Made by a program: the position numbers and the translations under genes. The notes beneath the pieces were generated by a model that was not told the origin of the DNA, searched no databases, and worked only from the letters and a program-made list of their open reading frames with translations. Positions 34,280 to 40,714 of a stretch of 40,714 bases of DNA are shown piece after piece. The stretch is from positions 1 to 40,714 of IMG/VR virus record IMGVR_UViG_3300027749_000213. The stretch is one strand, 5' to 3'. The stretch is from a virus (taxonomy: Duplodnaviria; Caudoviricetes). Each line of letters begins with the position of its first letter. Position 1 is the first letter of the stretch.

Positions 34280-37200
34280 TTACACTTTACCGTCAATAAG
34301 AGTGTTGTATCTTTTTAAGGCCCTCATCATCAATACTTTCTGAGTTTCATTGTTCTTATCAATCCTCTTCTGGATTGCGGGATTATCACCTTTTTCGAGA
34401 ACTGATTTCAGGCGAGTCCTCTCTGTCCGAAGTTCTTTTAGGGATTGTTCTGTGTGCTTAACCATTTCAACCATCTTCAATTCGGAGGATGCGGAAGAAC
34501 GAATCTCGGAAAGTCTCTTAGTGTCTTTTGTTGTCTGAGCCAACTTAAACTCATCTGAAACTGTAAGAATCTCTTTCCGCAAATCCTGATAGCGAATCGT
34601 GTCCACATAGGAAGGTACTGCACCATAAACTTTGCGAGTCATCGGAATCTCTCCAACAACGTCAGCCCAATTCATCTCTCCTTGGCTAGCTTTTAATGCA
34701 GTACGAGGAAGGGTTGCTAGCCTTTCCACGAACTTACCAGCCGATCCGGTGAAGAAGTCATAAACCTGTCCAAGAGTTTCGGGGCTAATATCAATAGCAC
34801 CTGCCCTCACCTCATTGCCCCCCGTTAGCTCATTGATCTTTTGAGATACTGACTTCGCAATCCCACCTACGTTACTCCAATACCTCTGCGAGTTTGGAGG
34901 AGGAGTCGCATCGAATGGGCTTGGGGTAGGCATGATAGGCCTGCCGGAGTAGTCCATGTTCAATGCGTAGTCTGTGATTGGGGTTATGATTGTTGGGGAA
35001 ATTGTTTGAAGCAAGGACTTGGAAGCTCCCAATGGGTTGAAGTTATCGAGCATAGCTCCGGCTAGCTTTGCTAAAGCCTGAGACTTCGAGGCTCCTCCGC
35101 CGAATGCCTCTTTAGGGCTAACTTCACTCAATAGCTGACCAGTATAATCCGCCACCGAATACCCGTAGGGCATAGGAATCTTGAAATACTGCCCCTTCGA
35201 GTCGGGTTTCATTATAATAAAGTTCGTCTCTTTTACATACTGAGGAATCTTATCGTAGTAGGCCTCCCCTGACTCATCATCCCCACCAACGATCCTATTG
35301 ACCATTGACCTAAAGTATCCTGCAACCATAACCCCCGTAAGGATCTTCCTGACTTTGGGGCTAGACGCTACTGCTTGAAAGATACGAGCCGTTCCTTGGA
35401 TGTTTGCGTTGGCAAATAGGTAAATTGAGTTGAGCAGTGGTCCGGCAGTACCCTTCCTAGTGAAATTGACTGTGATATTCCTAGCCGCATAAGCCGCCTT
35501 CTGTACTGAAAATCCATTTTCTCTGAGTGTGGAGTAAGTTGCAAGTCTTGTGGCATTCTCAACTGCGGAGTTCAGTCTAGCCAACTTGTCCAGAGCAACC
35601 TTGAATACCTTTGTTGCGCTTCTGTAACTACCATCACCCAAAGCATTCTGAATATCCTTCTGAGTCGCGGCAACGTCCTTGAGCCCAAAGAAAGTCATCC
35701 TCCCTCCGGCCTCCTTAAACTCCTTGTAATAAACATCCATCTTTCCGTTCATATCAGGCTTACCCATTTCAGCGCGATAGGTTGCCCTCATCGCATCCGG
35801 AACGCTTTTGATAAGCCCAGTGGCAAGTCCCTTTGAGCTTTCACCGCTAATGTTGATTAAAGCCGTTTGTAAATCTCTAGCAAAGTTAGCTATGACAAAC
35901 TCCGGTGAGGCCTGCGTATTCACATAGGCGAACCACCTATTCATCGTAGAAAGAAATTGAATGATAGGACCAGTTGTAACGCTAGCCCTGTTCTTCATGA
36001 CATCAGCCAGTTTAGGGTCGTTGATTCTAAGGTACTTCGTTTCCCCGTTTTCCTTATAGGCAATAGTATCCTTGTCGTTTGCATTACCAATCTCACCCTT
36101 TTCAAGAACCTGTATAATTCCGTTGTCCCTGTTCTTGATCGCGAATTGAGCGGCAGTTTGCATTACCCTGTTCTTCTCTGACCTGATAATGGAATCCCTG
36201 TGAAGCTGAATTGAATAAGCCAACGGGTCAGGGGCTATCGTGCTTCTACCTTCCGCTATCTTAATGTCGTTACCCCTCACATCATAACCCGCTCCCGTAC
36301 CTATGGTTCCTTCCGTCTCAACATCCGTACCACCCGCCTTACCAACAAGCGGAACGTAGTCGGTAAACCGATTAGATAATAGATCGTAAGTGTCCCCCGA
36401 GATAAGACCACCCTCCCAAAGATTGCGGAGGGTTTGTTTGTTGATTGCTATTAGCTTTTGACGGATAGGCTCCATCTTCCTTTGATCGGCCTTGGGGATT
36501 GTTGGATTGTTCCCGTCAATAAGAGTCGATATTTCAGCATTGGTTAAACCACTGCCACCATCCGGCTTATTGACATCCCTCTGAGCAATGACTGTATTCC
36601 TCTCCCTGCCGTGTTTGGCTTGGGCATATAGCTCAAAATCCTTGCGATCTACCCCACTATTACGCAAATCTTCTAGTAGGGGAGCAACCTTTGTGTCCTC
36701 AAAGTCACCAATCCTCTCTCCTACTCTTCCATGATAAAGTTCTTCCCTTTGCTTGATGTTCTCATTTTCAGCGATAGGGCTTCCGTTTTTTGCGCTTACT
36801 TTGTTTTGAAGATTTTCTACATCTACAAACTTGTCTTGAAATGTCCTGCGAAAATCAGTCAGCCTTTGAGAGAGAACATTCTTAACACCTTGTAGCCTCT
36901 GCCCCAAGGTTGGACGTTCACCAGTACCCTCGACTCCCTTATCTGTCCCCTTGAAAATCGCTATCTTTTTCTCGAGGGGAATCGCAGGGTCAGTTGCGGA
37001 TAACCTTGCGTTCCTAACCTTAACCCCCCGCAGGAAGTCCCCATTCACGTTCTCTGCGCTATCGGCAAATATGATTGAATCCTCTTTAATCGTTCTAGTT
37101 CCAAACCCTTGAGGACCATCTAAGGTTCTTGAGTAGGTTTCGGGGTCAATCTCGGATACCTTGAAAATGTCCTTACCGCTAGCGATAGTGTCACCGATCT

Positions 37201-38842
37201 GCAAATCAGAGGTCTTGTATGATGTCTGACCTTCCTTTGGTTTTAATATCGAGGAGCTAAAGGCTTGCCTTTGCGAGTCGTTGGCCTTGATTTCCTTATC
37301 CGTCTCCAATGACCTCTTCCTAGACTTAATCGCACTTTCAATAGCTCCCCACAAACTGCCACTCGTTCCATCCCCAATTCCTAGCTGATCGTAAGCAGAT
37401 TGAGCGATCTCATCCACCGGAGTTGTCCCGCTGAGTAGCTTTTTATAAGGACCGTTTAGGGCAGGCATCCCATCGTATTCTGCGGGAGGCTTTGCATCCA
37501 CTAGCCTTTTGACTGAAGGACCACCCTTCTTCCCGTACAATTCAATGTTCTTGTCGCGGATTGCTTTGCCCTTAGAAAGCATCCCGCCCTGCTCTTGAAT
37601 GAAGTCAACAATGTCGTAACCATTTTCGCTAGGCTGAATCATCTCTTCGTCAAAGGCCTTGGTTGGCCTTTCCTCCGACTTCAGCAATCTATCCTTTAAC
37701 GCCCTAACTTCCGCCAACCTCTCTTCATAATAAGCAGGATTGCTTGGCTCGTCCTGATTAAACTTTCGAGTCTCTTCATCCATCTTCATTTGCAACTCAC
37801 CCTCGGTTTGATCCAAACGAGTCAGCCTGCCCTTCTTGAATGGAGACATGACAAGGCTCGATCTATCTAAAGTAGTTGGTTGCTCTTGCGTGGGCTGGGT
37901 GGGGCTAGTTTCTATATTTGATTGTGGCGGAACTTCCGGCGGAACTACATCTGCCTTGGGCTCGCCAACATTCCCCCTAGTCTGGATAGCTTCCGCAAGC
38001 CTTTCGGAAGGAGCGGTTGCCATCTTCCCTAGTTTTGTGGGCTCAGTATTAAGGGCTCCAACTACAAGGCTCGCGCCGAGCCTAAGAGGGTTAAAGTCTC
38101 CCTGCTGAAATTGATTGAAGGCCTCCATGCCTCCTTGGGTTCCCGTGTTGAATGCAACATTGAGAAGGTTTGAGGCTTGCTCCCTAACCGCAGGATTCTC
38201 CATAGCGTCTTTAGTAATCTCACCGGAAATGATCTGCTTCGCAAAGGTTCCTGCTTTGGCAAGGTTGCTTGGGCTAGGCCTAAAGAAAGCTACGGAAGGA
38301 GCCACTTGCCCAACGAAAGAGGCTACGGGTTGTTGTTTTGCATCTTTCCTAAATTGATCGTCAATCGCGCTTTTTGTTTCAGGGGAGAGCATCTTGTCCA
38401 TGCCGTACTCCTGCAAAGCCTCCGCCCCCATTGAGGCGAGAACACCACCCGCAAGGCCTCCGATTGCCGCACCGACAGGAGCGGCAGGACCAGTCATAAC
38501 GGCTCCGATTGCGGCTCCGGTTAATGCTCCGCCAACAATACCAGCACCCGTAGGGATTGCGGAACGTGCCGCTCCTCGCCCTAGGGCTCCTGCAAAAGAA
38601 GAATTATTGGATGGAGCCTCCGCATATTCAGTCATGGGCCGAATCTGACCACCTACCTCATCTGAACCTACAATATCGTCAAAGATGCCTACTGCTTTTT
38701 GTGGGGCAACGGGAGTTGCTTCCTGCGGAGTCTTAGCCTGAGGCTGTTCTTCAGCCCCTACAATATCATCAAATAAACCTTGAGGCTTCGGAGTCTCGTC
38801 CGGCCTCTTGTTCTCCCCTAAAATGTCATCAAATAAACCCAC
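34280..38842 (-). CDS. Large internal virion/ejection protein with LPD38-like C-terminus
   Basis: 1520 aa; NFARD, VENATR, VNFTRKG, YYDKIPQYVKETNFII...FKIPMPYGY. Confidence 0.8.
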   Translation of the reverse strand: MGLFDDILGENKRPDETPKPQGLFDDIVGAEEQPQAKTPQEATPVAPQKAVGIFDDIVGSDEVGGQIRPMTEYAEAPSNNSSFAGALGRGAARSAIPTGAGIVGGALTGAAIGAVMTGPAAPVGAAIGGLAGGVLASMGAEALQEYGMDKMLSPETKSAIDDQFRKDAKQQPVASFVGQVAPSVAFFRPSPSNLAKAGTFAKQIISGEITKDAMENPAVREQASNLLNVAFNTGTQGGMEAFNQFQQGDFNPLRLGASLVVGALNTEPTKLGKMATAPSERLAEAIQTRGNVGEPKADVVPPEVPPQSNIETSPTQPTQEQPTTLDRSSLVMSPFKKGRLTRLDQTEGELQMKMDEETRKFNQDEPSNPAYYEERLAEVRALKDRLLKSEERPTKAFDEEMIQPSENGYDIVDFIQEQGGMLSKGKAIRDKNIELYGKKGGPSVKRLVDAKPPAEYDGMPALNGPYKKLLSGTTPVDEIAQSAYDQLGIGDGTSGSLWGAIESAIKSRKRSLETDKEIKANDSQRQAFSSSILKPKEGQTSYKTSDLQIGDTIASGKDIFKVSEIDPETYSRTLDGPQGFGTRTIKEDSIIFADSAENVNGDFLRGVKVRNARLSATDPAIPLEKKIAIFKGTDKGVEGTGERPTLGQRLQGVKNVLSQRLTDFRRTFQDKFVDVENLQNKVSAKNGSPIAENENIKQREELYHGRVGERIGDFEDTKVAPLLEDLRNSGVDRKDFELYAQAKHGRERNTVIAQRDVNKPDGGSGLTNAEISTLIDGNNPTIPKADQRKMEPIRQKLIAINKQTLRNLWEGGLISGDTYDLLSNRFTDYVPLVGKAGGTDVETEGTIGTGAGYDVRGNDIKIAEGRSTIAPDPLAYSIQLHRDSIIRSEKNRVMQTAAQFAIKNRDNGIIQVLEKGEIGNANDKDTIAYKENGETKYLRINDPKLADVMKNRASVTTGPIIQFLSTMNRWFAYVNTQASPEFVIANFARDLQTALINISGESSKGLATGLIKSVPDAMRATYRAEMGKPDMNGKMDVYYKEFKEAGGRMTFFGLKDVAATQKDIQNALGDGSYRSATKVFKVALDKLARLNSAVENATRLATYSTLRENGFSVQKAAYAARNITVNFTRKGTAGPLLNSIYLFANANIQGTARIFQAVASSPKVRKILTGVMVAGYFRSMVNRIVGGDDESGEAYYDKIPQYVKETNFIIMKPDSKGQYFKIPMPYGYSVADYTGQLLSEVSPKEAFGGGASKSQALAKLAGAMLDNFNPLGASKSLLQTISPTIITPITDYALNMDYSGRPIMPTPSPFDATPPPNSQRYWSNVGGIAKSVSQKINELTGGNEVRAGAIDISPETLGQVYDFFTGSAGKFVERLATLPRTALKASQGEMNWADVVGEIPMTRKVYGAVPSYVDTIRYQDLRKEILTVSDEFKLAQTTKDTKRLSEIRSSASSELKMVEMVKHTEQSLKELRTERTRLKSVLEKGDNPAIQKRIDKNNETQKVLMMRALKRYNTLIDGKV

Positions 38843-38845
38843 ACG

Positions 38846-39751
38846 TTAAGGAAGGTTGACACCCATTTGAGCCGCACGATCCTTAATCTTCTGCCGTTGA
38901 TCCGGCGTTTGCGCCCGAGACATTGCGTTCAAGGCTTGTTGCCTCACTGCTTCAGTATCTTGTTGAGGCTTGGCTTGCATTACTTGTGATTGATCCTGAG
39001 CAGGGGCTTGAACCGGAACATTCCCTACATCCCGCATGAGCATTCCCTGAGATTGTTGGCTAGCATACGGTTTCGCGTACTCCGGAGTTGAGTCCCCTAG
39101 AGGTGCGGAGGAATCAATCATTGCTCCTGCCATCGAATAAGGATTGTAGCTAGAAGGCTGAGTGGTTTGAGCCTGAGCCGTTCCACCAACATAACCACCG
39201 TATCCCACCTGAGCCTGCGGAACCTTCATAGTCACTGTCTCAAACTCGCCTGTATCCGTTCCGGCCTCGTCAAGTATCTTGCGCTTCTTAGTTACTGTTG
39301 CCATTCCTGAATCAGAAGTTTCTCTGCCATTCAAGAAGTCAGCTAAGTCCAAAGCCTTCGCCTTAGCGTATTGCCCGTCAATCGACTTATAAGTAAGTTC
39401 CGCGCCCTTAACCTTCCTTATGTTGTTCAAGTCCTGAAGTCTTTTCGCCAATACCTGACCCTCAATCATAAGTTTACTAGCCTCTTCAGGATTCTTTAAG
39501 GCTGATTGCTGGAACCTTTGTTCCATCATCGTTTTCTGGAAGCTAGTCTCGCCAATCGCTTTATCTATTCCGCCAAGTTCGGAGATCCCCGCATACACCT
39601 CATCTTTCCTGCGGTTAGTTTCATTGTATTGTTGCATCTCCTTTTCATAAATTCTCTGCTTCAGTTCCATTTGCGAATTGAACTGTTTCTCAGCAAGATC
39701 GTCCTGACTTGATTGCCGAACAATACCATAAACATCACTAAATAATCCCAT
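38846..39751 (-). CDS. Internal virion/ejection protein
   Basis: Start re-assigned to ATG 39751 (AAAGGAG upstream); Gln-rich and helical. Confidence 0.7.
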   Translation of the reverse strand: MGLFSDVYGIVRQSSQDDLAEKQFNSQMELKQRIYEKEMQQYNETNRRKDEVYAGISELGGIDKAIGETSFQKTMMEQRFQQSALKNPEEASKLMIEGQVLAKRLQDLNNIRKVKGAELTYKSIDGQYAKAKALDLADFLNGRETSDSGMATVTKKRKILDEAGTDTGEFETVTMKVPQAQVGYGGYVGGTAQAQTTQPSSYNPYSMAGAMIDSSAPLGDSTPEYAKPYASQQSQGMLMRDVGNVPVQAPAQDQSQVMQAKPQQDTEAVRQQALNAMSRAQTPDQRQKIKDRAAQMGVNLP

Positions 39752-39764
39752 ATATAATTCTCCT

Positions 39765-40714
39765 TTAGAACAAGACCCCACCGATTCCGGTGATCCAAGA
39801 CAGAGGGCTATTCTTCTGTGCGGTTGCGTATGTACTGGATTGGTAGGCGAGTTGTGCGTTGTATTGACTCGTCTGATCCCCGTACACACCAAGGGCGAAG
39901 TCCTGACCATTCTTTCCAGCGTTAGGATTGATGTTCACGCCTTGAGGAATGGGAGTCTGGATTGTCGGAGCCGCGCCTTGACCCAATCCTCCAAGTTGTC
40001 CGCCCTGTGTCACAATGGGCTGAAGTCCTGCATAGCTCTGAAGGTTGGCAATTCCTTGTTGCGATGCGGCATTCCTCTGTTGAACTGCCGCTAGCTGATT
40101 TCCGTAGGCCTGTTGAGATAACTGATTGTTCGCAGTATTCGAACTGAGATCGTTCTGATACATCGACTGTTGGGCTTGATTCCTTTGCCCAAGGCCTGCC
40201 TGCTGATTTTGAAACTCCTGTTGGGAAAGAGCATTATTGACTGAGTTTGCAGTTGAATAGTTCATGTAGCCCTGTTGGGCTAGCTGATTGGATTCCTGCC
40301 GGATTGCATTCGCAATGTCGTAACTGCTCTGTCCGGATTGCAGATACCCGACAACATCAGAACGAGCCTGCCGAGCCATGTCCGTCTCTGCTCCGGAACG
40401 GGTTAGAATCTCCTGTGCGGTAGGGGCATTCCCGTAGATGTTGCCTCTAGCAGTTTGAGCCCCGCGAACTGAGTTATTGAGCCTTCTCGCCTGCTCGTCA
40501 GTTAGCTTGCCATTATTAAAAAGATTTTCGCCAAGTTGACGTTCAACCTCACCCCTGCCTGCGGCGGCGGCTCCGCCTCCTGCGTTTTCGTCTCCTGCTT
40601 GGAACTGAGGACCATAGGACTGACGGGATAGGGAGGGACCATCGCCTGCCATCTCGAGGGTTGGTCCGGATTCATTTTTCTTGAATGCTGGACCATCGCC
40701 AACTCCCTCAAAGG
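39765..40714 (-). CDS. C-terminal part of the origin-spanning ejection protein
   Basis: Gln/Asn/Gly-rich, AQTARGN motif, hydrophobic C-terminus; continuous with 1..739. Confidence 0.85.
   Translation of the reverse strand, partial: FEGVGDGPAFKKNESGPTLEMAGDGPSLSRQSYGPQFQAGDENAGGGAAAAGRGEVERQLGENLFNNGKLTDEQARRLNNSVRGAQTARGNIYGNAPTAQEILTRSGAETDMARQARSDVVGYLQSGQSSYDIANAIRQESNQLAQQGYMNYSTANSVNNALSQQEFQNQQAGLGQRNQAQQSMYQNDLSSNTANNQLSQQAYGNQLAAVQQRNAASQQGIANLQSYAGLQPIVTQGGQLGGLGQGAAPTIQTPIPQGVNINPNAGKNGQDFALGVYGDQTSQYNAQLAYQSSTYATAQKNSPLSWITGIGGVLF
40529..40714. repeat. Terminal direct repeat (circular overlap), copy 2
   Basis: Matches 1-186 with one mismatch. Confidence 0.97.

Noticed and set aside
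39752-39910. N-terminal extension of ORF 38846..39910
   Set aside because: Overlaps the upstream gene; a strong RBS supports ATG 39751
1-40714. tRNA genes or stop-codon reassignment
   Set aside because: No cloverleaf with a T-loop consensus was seen; the standard code gives dense, intact ORFs using TAA, TAG and TGA stops

Overview
The window is an apparently complete, circularly permuted genome of a temperate podovirus-like dsDNA phage. Bases 1-186 recur at 40529-40714 with one mismatch, so the unit length is about 40,528 bp. Spanin-like lipoprotein and GT9 genes suggest a Gram-negative host (inference). There are four blocks. (1) A long minus-strand late operon runs from 16959 down to 1 and wraps to 32501: terminase small/large, holin/spanin-like genes, portal, scaffold, N4-gp56-type major capsid, decoration and fibre genes, adaptor/nozzle, GNAT-like gene, three ejection proteins (the largest with an LPD38-like C-terminus), a free-standing PD-(D/E)XK endonuclease, a 2OG-Fe(II) oxygenase and a pesticin-like endolysin. 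(2) A plus-strand early region of about 20 small genes (17636-23794) includes an ArdC-N-like gene, zinc-finger proteins and a DnaA-C-like HTH. (3) A minus-strand recombination/replication block (23791-30885) has an Xis-like HTH, SSAP, exonuclease, SSB, DUF5664-like pyrophosphatase, GT9 glycosyltransferase and DnaB helicase, but no recognisable polymerase, primase or initiator. (4) An RHH-like regulator and tyrosine integrase are followed by a probable attP. The most notable non-ORF signals are nine copies of a start-associated motif AAGAAAGAAC, a dispersed TGTAACAAGC box, apparent genome-wide loss of CCNGG and near-loss of GCWGC sites, and a hairpin cluster in the 650-bp divergent intergenic region. 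All family calls come from motif recognition by eye; no database searches were run.
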